This document shows, in pieces, positions 13,222 to 27,700 of a stretch of DNA of 64,000 nucleotides (position 1 is the stretch's first letter; each line of letters starts with the position of its first letter). The stretch is from the human T2T-CHM13v2.0 reference genome, Homo sapiens. The stretch is from the NCBI RefSeq assembly GCF_009914755.1, contig NC_060935.1; one strand, 5' to 3'. Both the position numbers and the translations under genes were made by a program. The notes under the pieces are model-generated. The model was not told the DNA's origin. It ran no database searches and saw only the letters and a program-made list of their open reading frames with translations.

Positions 13222-13767
13222 CCTTAATAAAAGAAAGTAACTTAGGCACTTAGTGTAGTAGTATCTAAAAGTAAGGGTATTTAACACAACGTCCTTGATT
13301 ATTTTCATAAAAATTAAAGCTGGCAAATCTGATAAAAACCATCTGATTAATCTATACTCTGTTTTGAGTGATTGGTAACTTCAAATGTTAGTTTTTTGGT
13401 GGCATGTAAAAAAAATTGTAAAAAGAAAATATTGTTTATAAAAGGGAAAAAATCTTGTAATTACAGTGTGGTAAAGGTATTTTTAGATATCAGTGTTTTT
13501 CTAATATACATTGTCAATCAATCAGTAATTATTAAAGATATGTGTGTTTGCTTGCATATATGTGAATGGGTCTCTGAATTTGAAAGGTCTTTCAGTGTCT
13601 ATGGACCACGAAAAAACTGGAAGAGCTAGGTACTCTTATTGCTATTTGACTAACAAGGAAACTGAAGCTCAGAGAATACTAGCAACTTGTTTTAAAGGTC
13701 ACTCTGCATTTATGTGGTAGAGTCAGGATTTAAATCCAGGTCTGTTTGATTAACATTGAATTTTTCC

Positions 13768-14067
<300 letters not shown>

Positions 14068-16867
14068 CAAAGTTACTTTTTAAAAATTACAAAATACACC
14101 AAACATATAGAAAACACAGGAAATATAACACACTTGTGTACCTTTTATAAACCATGTTGCTCAGGAGCTGTCCCTGTGGTGAGATTGTAGCTAATATCGA
14201 GAATCTATAGTGTCTTGGTACGATTCTTATTTCAAATATTCTGTTTACTTGGCAGAGCACATGTCTCAAAGGTAGGTGTAAGAAAGATGGTGTCACCACA
14301 CTCTGGTCCAGTAGAGATATATGGCATCAAGTGAAACTTTTAAGCATTCAAAACACATTTTCTCTGGAAGCAACATAGCAGCTGTGGAAAGCTTCTCAGA
14401 GACAGCTTGCCTTGCCCTGGAGGTGCCTGTGAGGGTAGTCCAGATTGGGAAAGAGAAGCTAATATAGACCCTGTACCCTTAGGAGCCAGGCTGTATGTTA
14501 GGCCATACACTTGTCATTTAATCCCCTAACCAGTATTATTGTTGGCATTATTAGTCTCAATTTACAATTGAAAAGCAGAAGGTCAGAGAGGTTACAAGAT
14601 GTGTACAGGGTGAAACAGGTAATAGCAAGCAAAGCTAAAATTCCAAGCCGGTTGTATTTAATTGTAAAATTCATAGTATTTGTTATTACATGTAGTCAGG
14701 ATTAGAATAATGAGAGGATTGTACTTAACAGACTTTCAGGCAAATTACACTGGGTTAAAAAGATTACAAACTAACGAATATTAATTGTTTATCCACTTAA
14801 AACTGGGACCATTTTTGTGCACCTTGAAGAAGTATGTTAGAATTCATCCATTGATTCACTTGTCCATACTCTATAGGACTCCCCATTAGCCCCACTTGGA
14901 AAATTGGTAAATGTATTAAAAGGATGGCATATTTGGATCAAGTGATTGGTTATGCTCATCTATCCCACCTGTACCTTAGGCTCTGATTAGGACTTAGAAT
15001 ACTGTACCAATGTTTGAGAGTTAAGTATCTGCCAGGATACCTAACCCTCTTTCATAGGACACAGCCAATTTATGATGTTAAAAATAAAAGCAATAATGAT
15101 TGCTTTTACAATGATGATTGTATTAATTCTATGTTTATGGGTCAAAAATTTTACTCGCTGCTTTAGATTATTTTAGTTCCCAAAACAATTCTATGAGAAA
15201 GGTATATTTTTGTAAAAAAAAAAAAAAAAAACTGAGTCTCTCAAAAATTAAATGGCTTGGCTTTTCATAGAGTTATTATGGAAGTGAAAGAGCCAAGATT
15301 CCACCACACGGCTGTCTGCCAGCAGAGACCTTTACTATTCACTATGGTGAAGTTTTCTTCTGTAGCCTGGCTGCCTTATGATCACAGGCGACTTCATTAT
15401 AACTAAAGGCAACGCAGCTTTCTGTCGGGCAACCTGAAGAACAGCAGGGCGAATGCCTCTTTCAGGTTTCCGGGTCACTGTGTGCAGGGTCACACTGTGT
15501 GTAGGGTCACAGAGTGACCCTGAAACTACACACATGGCCATGGTTACCCTCTTGGCCTCTCTTTGGGTGAGATCCCTGTTCCTTCCTTTGCACTTGTTCA
15601 TTTTCTAGAAGATATTCAGGGGCAACCTCTTGGAACTGCAGAATATACACCACTTTTCCAATTAACACAACTGCTAGATCATTACATTTTTTCTCTAAAG
15701 TCAGCAAAATGTCTCTGATACCAATTAAAGTATGGCTTACACTCGTCCATAACTGCAAAGAAAAATAATCGTGACCAAGGAATAAACTATTCAACTCTTG
15801 AAAAAGTACTTTTTCTAACTGAAGGGAGGATGACTTGGAATAAATGATAAAGAAAAATAGAAAGTGTGTTAAGTTGCTTACTTTCTGACAGGCAAAATGC
15901 CAAGAATTTTGCTCGCATTATTTTATTTAATCCTCATGAAATTGTCTTTTTTAATCCTTAAAACAACATTATGAGAATTTACTATTGGGTTCCCTATTTT
16001 ACAACTGATGAAACAGAGACATAGACATGTTAATTCCCAAGGTTAAAAAGTGGCAACAGGTCTATCTAATTTCAGGGTCTACATTTTAACCACTGGGCTT
16101 TAATGGGAGTAAGAATAGGATGCTAAAGGTGAGGGGGTCTATACCAAGAAAAAGAAGCACTCCATAACTATAGCAAGAAAGATAAAAAGCAATTCAAGAT
16201 TGCTCTAATTTTCTTATGGTCTGTATAATATACCTGTCAATGAAAGCTGATTTTGGTAGATATGACTGACCCGTTTATAATCCAAAAAATTGCGAAAAAA
16301 AATGAACTGAATATTTGTATAGATAATGACTGCCACACCAAGTCATATGGCTACTTTTGTGTGTTTTTTAGCCATTAATATTAATGTTTTTTTATTTCCA
16401 TCATCCTAATGAGAGAAATATGTGCATTTGTACCGTGTAAGAAAATAGTCTCAATAATCTGCTCAGAAGATGCATGTATATTTTTGCCCAATAGTGTTTT
16501 AAAGTTTGAAAACTGAAATCCTTTCACAAGGGGCCTATGTAGGCCCCAGGCCTCATCCCATCCACTGTGTTGCATAGCCCTGCTTTATTTATTCTGCACC
16601 GGCTTGGACCCAGTAGACAGTCGGGCTGGAGATGCCAGATCCAGTCTAGGGTGAGCTCTTACTGATTATAACAATACTGTTATTGATGAAGCAGAATTCT
16701 TGTTCAGATCACAGGGTAGATAACTTCATGGCCTTCAGCAGCTCATCACATTTCTTCTGAAATCATTTTGGCACCTAGTTTTCCTTATCAACGAAATGAG
16801 TAGAAGTATGTTTCTCTTAATCCCTTTCAAAAGATTCCAAAGAATGTTTTTTCTTAGTGAGAAAGTT

Positions 16868-17202
16868 TTTTTTTTTTTCTTTTTTTTTTTTCGAGACGTT
16901 GTTTCGCTCTGTCACCCAGGCTGGAGTGCAGTGGCGCTATCTCCGCTCCCGGGTTTACGCCATTCGGATCTCAGCTCACTGCAAGCTCCACCTTCTGGGT
17001 TCACGCCATTCTCCTGCCTCAGCCTCCCGAGTAGCTGGGACTACAGGCGCCCGCCATCACGCCCAGCTAATTTTTTGTATTTTTAGTAGAGACGGTGTTT
17101 CACCGTGTTAGCCAGGATGGTCTCCATCTCCTGACCTCGTGATCCACCCGCCTCGGCCTCCCAAAATGATGGGATTATAGGCATGAGCCACCGCGCCTGG
17201 CC
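16868..17202 (-). mobile_element. AluY with internal ~29-bp insertion
   Basis: Y diagnostics GCAAGCTCC, CACGCCATTCTCC, GTTAGCCAGGATGG; TSD GAGAAAGTT at 16859 and 17203. Confidence 0.93.
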
Positions 17203-17583
17203 GAGAAAGTTATTTTTATGGAACAACACCCGTTAATCAATGCTAAATGATTAATAGAATTAGAATATCATCACATTATCAACCTCAAAATAAATAAAGG
17301 ATCCAGACAATAATCCTTTATTAGACAATAATCACCTAAAATCCATTAGGTGAATTGCTGATGGGACCTTTTTAAAGAGGGACCTGCCTGAGAGCCATCT
17401 AAATCAATTGATAAATCTTAGCATCATCAAAGGAGAGACATAATGTGAGGATCCTGTAGGATCCCATCATGAATCCTATAGGAGGCAGAGATCACCAATT
17501 GTCAGCCACCTGTGTCAAAAGACCAGAGATCTTTATCTAGATGGTTTCCGCATTGGAAGGTTTATGCACTTGCTTTTAGATGA

Positions 17584-17941
<358 letters not shown>

Positions 17942-18116
17942 TTGGTTGGTACCCTATTGGATAAAGTAGGTAAGAGACAAAACCAATGGAGATCAACTTG
18001 GAAAATAGAACATAACTTTAGGAATAAAAAAGAGAAAAATTGTACTTCAGATAAATCCATGTGAAAACAAGATTCTATTCTGAAACCTCATTTACATAAA
18101 ACTTTTCAATGAAATA

Positions 18117-18965
18117 CAGCAGGTCCTCAAATAACATTGTTTTTCTCAACATCCTTTCTTTATAAAGTTGATAAGAAAAAGAATTGATTGCAGGCCAGGG
18201 CCACTGTCTGTGTGAAGTTTGCACGTTCTCCTGCTGTCTGCATGGGTTTTCTCCCAGAACTTCTGTTTCCTCCCACATCCCAAAGAGATGCGTGTTAGGT
18301 AAATTTGTGGGTCTAAATTGCCCCAGATTCTGTAAGTGTGGGTGTATGTGGGTGCACCTTGTGATGCAATGGAGTCCTGCCCAGGGTCAGTACCAGCCTT
18401 GTGTTGTGAACTGCCAGGACAGGCTCCAGCCACCCAAGACACTGAACTGGAATTAACAAGTTGGAAAATAAGTGTACAAATACAAATATTTGTAAAAATA
18501 AAAATTGGCAAATTAGATGATAATCATACAGGTACATGACAGTAAAGGATACGTGTGGCATGATAGCGCTCAAGGAGCCTGCCATATTTGTGACAGCTTG
18601 TTTTTGAACTGCTTGGTAGTAGGAGGTGCTCCTTACAATTTTCACTTTGTAAACATTTATTTCTTGATTTAACCCACCAGCACTATGACCCCCGTCACTC
18701 ACTGATTCATCAAAAAACTGGGCAAATAATTACCTTACTTGTTTTTATGAATCTTTCCTAAATGTATGTAACAATCACATTTATTTTAATGCTTAATAAA
18801 AATATGTTTGGGGTCTTTAGAGATTAGGTGATGTTTTTATGAGCAGAAATATGCCATAGAAACTTAACTTTTATCAATTAACTTATGGTACAATTAATCT
18901 CATTAAACATCGTTTTACTTGAAGTTTCCATGAACCTATTGACAATGTTAAGTGAAGATATACTC
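18117..18965 (+). mobile_element. MER6 (TcMar-Tigger), near full length
   Basis: TA-CAGCAGGTCCTCAAATAAC start; GTGAAGTTTGCACGTTCTCC...TTTCCTCCCACATCCCAAAGA segment; end GACAATGTTAAGTGAAGATATACT. Confidence 0.85.
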
Positions 18966-20469
18966 TACTATATATTAGTACACTATTTTATTAGAATTAT
19001 TTGCTGCCCTGAAATGGAGGGTGATTAAGACCAGTTAAATAAAAGTATCACATCTTTCGTCTGTTCATTAATCTGTTAATTGCACTTTGCAACTTGCCTA
19101 CAAATCAACAAAAGGCATGTGACCCACTTACCTGTATCATTAAACAACCCAAGCTACAAAATTCTCCTGAGCCAGGACTTGAGACAGGGTAATATGGGGC
19201 TATTTAGTTTTTAGAACTCAGTCTGTGTACTAGGAGCCCTTAACTTCCATGATGATACAAAATACAGCAGAAACTCAGACAGAGAGAGACTGGAAATGAG
19301 AATGTGGTTCAGGCCACTAATTCTCAAAAAGGAATGAACTCTCAAAGAGACATGAGATTCTGCTCAGATCTGCACAATCTGCCCCTAACAGCCTTTTCCT
19401 CCCTTCATTCCAGCCCCTCTCTCATTTGTTAATTTTGTCCTTCAAATGTTGCTGTTGCTCTATTTCTATCCTAATTTTCTTTTCTTTTTCAAATTTATTG
19501 TTCTGATTGGCATGTTTATTTTTCTTACTTTTTTTTCTTTTCTTCTTTTTTTTCTTTTTTACTTCCATTGCTGTTGAGCTTTAACAAATTGATTAGAGCA
19601 GGAAAGTTACAGAATGTAGAGAATGAGGATGGTTTGATTTACTAGAGAACCCCGAATTATGAAGTACAACTGTTCATACAAGGAATGGAAAAAGTCTCAA
19701 CATTCTCAAAAGATTTTTTCTTCCACAAAGAATGGATTCTGCAAAGATTCCATTTTAGGCTTAGATTCAATTATCCTTCCACTCACTGAAACCACCATGT
19801 GGTTTTACTTTTTTGTAAAGTAGGGTTAATGGTAATACCAATTATGGGAGTTGGTCTAAGGATTAGTTAATTAATGAAAAGTGGTTGGAATGAAAAGTGG
19901 TTGGAATGACACATGATAAACACTTGTTCAAAGTTAGCTATTGTTGTTGTGATTAAAATTATCATTATTGCAAAAGACAACACCAAGAAAACAATATGAC
20001 CATACATAACTCTCTGACATTAACCTCAGAAGAATCTGAGTTTAGAAATGTTTGGCAATTTAATCAATAAGCCAGATAACTTGTCCATCCATGTTTCAGC
20101 CATTGAGTCCTTCTTGGAAAGCTTGGTGTATTGTCTAGCTGGAAATGTGACCCTTTGGTTTTCTGTAACTAACACTGGTCCAGAAATAAACACATCTATG
20201 GCATAAAAGTAAGGCACAATTGCCCCTGAAATTTGTGAAAAAGTCAAAAAGCAAAAATTGCGTGATGCTGGAGTTTAAATCAAGGTGTTGTCACTTAACA
20301 GATGTGTAACTCAAACAATGTTTTTTGACAACTCTGGGCTTGTTTCCTATAGCAAGATTTGTGAGAAACTTACAAATATCACAACGGAGCTATGGTAATC
20401 ACTAAATGAGATATCTAACTTGGAGCCTCCTAGCAATGCTTACAACATGCTTAGGGCTTACTTTCAAAG

Positions 20470-20690
20470 AAACCTGCTTTAGTGCTTTGTAGTCAGACAC
20501 ATCTGGGTTTCTGTTCTAACTTTCACTTCCACTCTGTGTGATTTAGGCAAGTGCTCATTTTCTCTGACTTGCTACATTCTCACCTGTAAAAGCAGCCTGA
20601 GGTTGTTGTGAAAACGGAAAGGATGGTATAAATAATGCCTAGCACATTGCTTGGAACATAGGACACACTCAATGCCTGACAGCTCTTGAT
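20470..20690 (+). mobile_element. MIR SINE relic
   Basis: GCTTTGTAGTCAGACACATCTGGGTT...CTCACCTGTAAAA...CCTAGCACATTGCTTGGAACATAG. Confidence 0.65.
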
Positions 20691-23600
20691 AAGTGTGTTA
20701 CTTCCTATATTCCCGAATTTGAATTGACTGTATTGCATTTGAGAAAAAAGAAGAGGCAAGATTCCTCCCCACAACCTACAAACAAGCTCCTCTCTTATCT
20801 AATTTGGAAATCAAGAATGTTTTCTTTAAAATTAAACCATTTCTTTACTATGCCACACGTGAAAGAGAGCTCTCTTTTATAGGTGGAGAAAAAAGTCTGG
20901 TGTCACAAGACAGAAAATACCTCTGGGATTTTTTATTCACGAATAGCATCAACAACTTGTGATTCTCTCTTGCAGTCTCTTCCTCCCACCCTTGCCATTG
21001 CAAAGGTGGGGCTAAAAGGTAAAAATGGCTCTTTTTTTTTTCTAGTCTTCCATTAAAGTCTGTAATGTTTTCTTCAAGTTGCTCCAGGAGTCCTGGTTTT
21101 TGGAGAGGTTCAGAACAGAACATTTTACTGGCAGAGAATGGCCTCTGGAAAAACCAGGCTTCAACACTTAAAAAGATAAAACCTGGGAGAGAAGTGGGGA
21201 GTAAAGGTTCAATTCTTCCTCAACTCGAGAAAGATAATAGAAAAGTAGAATTAGCCAAAATAAAAGATTGTGCTATACGTCATTAGTCTCCTAACTTTGG
21301 TTTGAATAATGGTACTCTAAAAAAAGAAAAAGAAAAAGAAAAAGAAGAAATCTTCCCCAGCAATTTGATTATTAGGTCACTTCAAGAGAGGCAATTTAAG
21401 GAACCAGCAAATGCTGCTTGGGGAACTAAAATAATAACAGGCAACACTAATATAGCACCTTTCCTCTTCAAAGCACTTTACAAACATGAAGTAATTAGGC
21501 CAATTAAAACTTGAAAAAGTAGCCTATTTAGACACAATCTTCTTTCCACATACAGTGCATCTGCTGGAAATTACTCTCTAGCCTTGTTTTCAATGCAAAA
21601 GATGCTCATAAGTAAACAACTATAAGTAACTAGCAGGACTTGAATCAGAATGAGTTGGGTTTAGAAGTATTTAAGGCATTTAAACCAAAAGTAAATTTCC
21701 CACACTCTAATTCTCCTCCAGCCACAAACCCTATGTAGGCAAGTACTTCCTGTAAGTGCCAGGTAGTTATGGACGGGTGTTATCAGCAGAAAACACAGAT
21801 AGATAGTCCAGGGAGTGAATGGACAGAAGGTTTGAGGTTTGCCTCTTCATAGTAAACTAATTTCCAAAGAGGAGTCCCCGAATGACTGAGCAAAGCGGTG
21901 TAGTGTTTTGAATTAGAAAGCATTCTGAATTAGGAGTAAAAATTTAAGTCCTTGTTCAAGTTTAACCGCTAATTCACTATGTGACTTGGGAAAATGATTT
22001 AATCTAATTTATGGTTTCAGTCTCTTTATGTGAAATGAACTGCTTGGATTAGATCCATGGTTTTCAAAGTATGTTCTGAGAGTACTGTGTGTCCCCAACA
22101 TGGATGGGTAAAAGCCTCGAGTCTGTACTCAGTTTAAGAGAGCAGCAACGTTTTAATTCATTTTAGATGTTGGATTTTTATGAGATGTTGTAAAGAGTTC
22201 CATGTCTAATAGATGGATGATATCTAAATTCGTTTGCAACACTGATATTCTGTGATTTTATGAATGCTTCTAAACCTCATAATGTATAGGATATGTTTCA
22301 ATGAAAACTTTCATTTCATTAAGCTAACTCTTGGATCAGAGGAGGAATGAGAATATAGACTGCTTTTGAGCTCTTTCTGTGCACTGTAAATCAGAGGTAA
22401 GGAGGATTATTTCTGACTTGTCCAAGTCCAGGTGTGGTAGATGTTAGCAGAGAACTCTGCCAGGTTTCTCCTCTCTCTCTCTCTTTGAGCTTCTTTGCTT
22501 GATACTGGGTGGCTGATTCTGATCATCTGGGGCTCCAGGTCTAGGTTTGGGGAAGGAGATAGGAAGCTGCATCATATCCCTCGGTATTACCATTTTTCAG
22601 AGAGTCATATAAAGCTGTTAATTTGTTTCATTTCTCCGATTTGTGAGTATGTGTACTCTATAATACAGAATCTCAGAGGAGAAGAGGAAAAAATGGAACA
22701 ACCGGGGCAAATAATTCCATCCACCCCTACTCACACTTCCCACCGTTTTACATGGGAGCTAGGCTATTTTTAAGAACCTTCTCTGACAGTGAACTCCAAC
22801 AAACTGTTATGTTGAGTGGTTCATCTATCACTATAAACCATATTATCAATCTTAATAGTACAATGAAGAAATTGAGGTCAAAAGGGTAAATGCACAAAGT
22901 CCTAAAACTTGGTTGGCAAAACCAAGAAAGGAACATCAGGCCTTCTGACTTCAGCTTTTGTGATTTTCCCATCACTGAACCGCTTCTGTATTGATGTAGC
23001 ATTAATATAGAACTCATGATCTAAACAAAGCAAAGCAAATCTTTCTTCCTGTACTTCATGTTACGGACACTTTACTATGTTTTCTTTTCTGAATCTCATG
23101 GCTGGGGGACAGTGCGTGCAAGGGAAGGAGTATGGGTTTCAAGTCAGGGCAGCTGGCTCTGAAATTAATGTACCAAGGGACTTTACTAAAGTGAATACAT
23201 AACCATGATGTGTCTAACTGCTTTTCTTATTTTAGAAAGTGTAAATATTATAATATCTACCTAACTACTTCATAGCGCTGCTATGAGACTTTTTACATAC
23301 TATGTGTGAAAACGCATCAAAAGTACTCGAAAATTCTCTACATACCCCTGGTGTCATTTGAGGTGTTTTCATTTCTGATGTTTTCTATCTCTTGTGGCGT
23401 GGCAACTGAGTAATGAGCCAAACTAAAGAGTTTCCCAGTAGCACACATTTCCCCAATGAAAATAAAGGATTCCTAATTCCAGATGGAAAGCATTTTGGCA
23501 TTTCCTTAAAGAATACCAGTAGTGAATTAAAATAGAAATAGATGCTCCTTACTGAGAAGTCTAGCAACTCATTTATAGGCCTATCCACACTCTAATTAAA

Positions 23601-24395
23601 ATAGCACAATTATCTAGGAAATTGTGAGGAAATGCCATCAATACTATTGACTGTTACTGCGATGCTAGCAATCACAGGATATATACTCAGTGACAACACT
23701 TAATGCCCGGAAATAGGATATAAATGAAAAACAGTGAATTATGACTGCAGGATACTAGGAGAAGTTGTAGCAATGGCTAAAGTGACCTAAGAATCAGCCA
23801 TAGGGCCCTGAGAGTGAACCAACAACATGATTTAAACTAGTTGACCTAAATAAAAGTTGACTGTGGTAAACAAAAATATCACTTTTCTTTTATAATCCTA
23901 GATCTAAAAGCAGAGAGGTGCTTGAATGCTTTGCGTGACAATGTATCCCATGCCTCAGATTACATGTAGTGACCCTTGAAAAAGCAAGTTTCTTACTAAA
24001 AACCACTACGGAAGAGTTTGGCATAGGTCTAAACTTACTTTCTCAGTTGTGACTAGCAATCATGCAAATCTGCAGATCAGCAAATTAGCACAGGCCCTCA
24101 GGACCAGGATCTAAAGTTAATCAGCCCAGCCCTTAAAGGTTTCCAGCTTTTTCAAATGGAATATATTGTTTGAGTTTTACCAACATCCAGCTCCCTTAAT
24201 CTCCAATTATCTAGCTCTTCTATCAAATAACAACTATACTAGGCAAGTCAGTACTAGATACAGATTTTTATTTGCCTAAAAAAGTGTCCCTGATGCTCAT
24301 TTTTCTGTACACTATACATATTATGCTTTAATCCCTATTTTTTTCTATTCATTGCTGTTGCTATCCTAGCTAATATTTCTTTTCTCAACAAACAC

Positions 24396-24520
24396 CATAT
24401 ATATGGTGTATGTGTGTGTGTGTGTGCATATATATATACGTATATATACAAATATATACAAATATATACGTGTATATATATACATATACACACACACATA
24501 GACCCCCCCACACACACATA
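24396..24520. repeat. Compound (TG)n/(TA)n/(CA)n low-complexity repeat
   Basis: Alternating purine-pyrimidine tract with roughly mirror-inverted arms. Confidence 0.9.
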
Positions 24521-26114
24521 TGCTGGATCATAGCTCTTAAACTCTATTAGAAAATTACTTGGCTAGCTCAAATATTCCTTTCTACTTAATCCCAGCTTCA
24601 TGTCTGCCATAACCTGTGCTGAAAAATGTAATACTGCCACTTTAAGCAATAGACTTTTACAAGAATTATCAGATTTACATAGACATATCTGAAATCCGAT
24701 ATGTTTAACCCTGAGACACAAATATAAACTTTTTCAAAACTATGAGAAAATATTCCACTGTTTCCAGTCAGTCCTTCTTGTGAAATTAGCCATTCACAAG
24801 AAATATTACCCCTACACTTAAAACAAGGTGATGGGGAATAGGTGCACTATAGAAGCAAGTATTGCCTCTGGTATGGTTGCAGGGAAGTAAAATTTTGTGC
24901 AGGTATAAATGCATTTCCTCGAGGAATTAACGGAGTCTCTCACAACCTTCTTCCTGTTTAGAAGGGTCACTATGTTCTGTACTTAAGCCTGTAATATTAA
25001 ACAGAAAGCAAAACCTGTAAAAGCGCCCATGACACAAAAATGGAAAGGCAGATAACATGTTACAAGATAGAGTAAATATTCAGAGATATCGCCAGCTAGG
25101 GGGGTTGGTGAAACATCAACAACGTGAACTATCACAAACATATGATAATAACATGTGAAAAACATGAGCTCTGACACAAAATAAATGTATTTAAATCCCT
25201 GCTTCATGCTTAGCGGGGGTCCAGCTAAATTACTTTCTAAAGCTCAGTTTGCTTATATGTTAAATTGGGACAATGAATTGTATTGATTGGGTCGTTGGAA
25301 AAACTAAGTCCTATAGCATAAATTAAGGTCATAATACAGAGTCTAGAATGCAATGGTTGAAATAATTAAGGTGGAAAGTAGTGTATGAATTTTAAATATT
25401 ACCTTCACAAGTGAAAGTAGAGGAAAGCTGGTATGTGTTCATTCATTTCAAAAATGTTTAGTAAAAATATGTTTAGATATCTAATATGCCCAGTGTTGTA
25501 TCATACTTGGTTCAGAAGATACAAAGTTGAACCAGGCTTGGTCTTAAGCTGAAACTGAGAAGTTGCAATTAAGAAAGAGGCAAAGTACAGATGGAACAAA
25601 AATTTACAGTGTAACATTACTAAATACAAACTTCCTGTCCCTGAACTCCACCCTTCCACTTGACTATATTTGTAACTAAGAGGTTGCGCCTCAAAATGTT
25701 ACCTTCTAAGGGACACTGACCCATACAGCTCCTGATGAACAAGCAGGTCTAAATAACCCTGACCCATGATATAGTCAATTTGTACAGTCATAGGTATCAA
25801 ATCCACAATGACTCTTATAATATAGGCTAACTGTCCTTCCTCAAGAGAGTGAATTTGGCCAGCAGATTTTGTCTCTCAGGAATTTGGACTAAGAAACATC
25901 GAGAGATTGATGCAATTAGCAATGGAAGCTGGAAGTAGAAGGACACTCCAGGTAGGGTTGAGACTGTGAGGGGCCATGTCTATACTGAGATTATAAGACA
26001 CCAGACAAATGGCCAAGTAGAAATATATGGGGAAAATCAGAAAGGTCACAATGGTGAGAGAAACCCAGAGACCGTAACTAATGCCAAGAGTTTCAAGTTT
26101 TTAATGACAATAAT

Positions 26115-26370
26115 AAAAGCTACCACTTACTGAGCCCTTACTCTGCCCTAATTATTCTTCTAGTACTTTATACTGTATTTATTAACTCCTGTAATCATCA
26201 CAAAACTCTCCATAAACCACTGTTATTTTACTGATGTACCACATGCAAAAATGGAAACACAGAGGTAAAGTCACATATGAAGGTTTCAGAGCTGCTGCTT
26301 ATTGCAACCAGGATTCAAACTCAAGCCATCTGATACTCAAGCTTCAGAGCCTCCATCCCTGCCATACTAT
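26115..26370 (-). mobile_element. MIR SINE relic
   Basis: AGCTACCACTTACTGAGC...GGAAACACAGAGG...CCAGGATTCAAACTCAAGCCATCTGA. Confidence 0.65.
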
Positions 26371-27149
26371 GAAACTCCCCTGCCTTAAGATGCCCTAAAT
26401 GAGTCTCTCCATCATTCAAAGAGAAAAATCTAAACTAAAGCAGCACCTTTGTACCTTATAAGGCCTCAGCTTCCAATAAAAGATGTGGGAGGTCAGTAAT
26501 ACCGCAGGCCTTCGATGCGGTGGGAGAAGTGCTTTTTCTTCTCGGGGAACATCCTGCTTTGTGTACAGAGCAGTACTGAATTTCTGAAGAGCAGCCTTTG
26601 ATAGTTTTTGAGGTGGCATTTTTGGATAATAGAACGTTGAAATCATAATGAAGCACTTTTTCTCACAACCTTCCAAGTGCACCACAGGAACCCTCTTATG
26701 AATGTCTACATCATTTCTCCAAGGAGATCCAGGGGCAACACAGCCTTCCCCTCCTCACCATGCCACAAATAGAGGAAAAGCAGTTCACAGGAAGACTTCT
26801 GAAAAAATAATAGATGTTGAACTCGGTATCCACTATATTGTAAGTTGTGTGATTCCATAATCATTTTTTCCACCTCAAATGTAAGGCTTTTAAAGAAGAA
26901 GGTCTATGCCATTTTTACTTTTCTACACGCAGTGCCCCATAAAAGGCTGCACATGGAAAATGATTTTTAAAATGGCTTTTAATGAATGAAAGAAAAATAG
27001 AAAGAACAAAGCATACATTGCTAGTGCATATTTTCCTTCCCCAAACAAAAATATAAACACTTTTTAATTTCGTTGGTGCTTTTTGTCCTACGAAAAATTC
27101 ACAAATATATTTTGCTATTCTTACCATTATTCAGTGAGAGAAGATACAT

Positions 27150-27700
27150 TAAAATCCAGGATCCAGAGCCAGATTTCTTGGCTTTCAATCATGGCCCCAC
27201 TAATTACAAGCTGGTTACTTAACATTTATCTTCTTAGTTTCCCAGATTAAGAGATTCTCTAAAGAGTTAATAATTACACCTGCTGTCTGAAGTCACATTG
27301 AGGATTAACTAAAACAGTAACATGACCAAAACAGTGCCTGGTACATAATAGGCTCTCAATAAATATTCACCTTTTTGTTACAACTATTCAATAGATGAGG
27401 AAAAAGGTATTTCCTTGCTCATAGTCACACTATAAAGTATATGAATGTTTGGGATATATAAGAAGATAATATAATGTAATAGTTATGAATGATATTCTGG
27501 AATTAATATTTTAGAGTTCAAATCCTAATATGACTTCAGGTAAGTTTCTTTACCTCTCTGTGCCTCAGTTCCCTCATCTGTAAAATGGAGATACTAATAG
27601 TCTTCATTCTACAGGATTAGAATTTTGAAAGGAATTTCTATATGTAAAGCTCTTAGGTTAATGATTCACAGTAAGCATAATAAAAACAGTTGTTTGCTAT
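27150..27700 (+). mobile_element. Two adjacent MIR relics
   Basis: ACAGTGCCTGGTACATAATAGGCTCTCAATAAAT and CTCTGTGCCTCAGTTCCCTCATCTGTAAAATGGAGATA cores. Confidence 0.7.

Noticed and set aside
18075-18702. Cluster of overlapping ORFs
   Set aside because: Inside non-autonomous MER6; no transposase similarity
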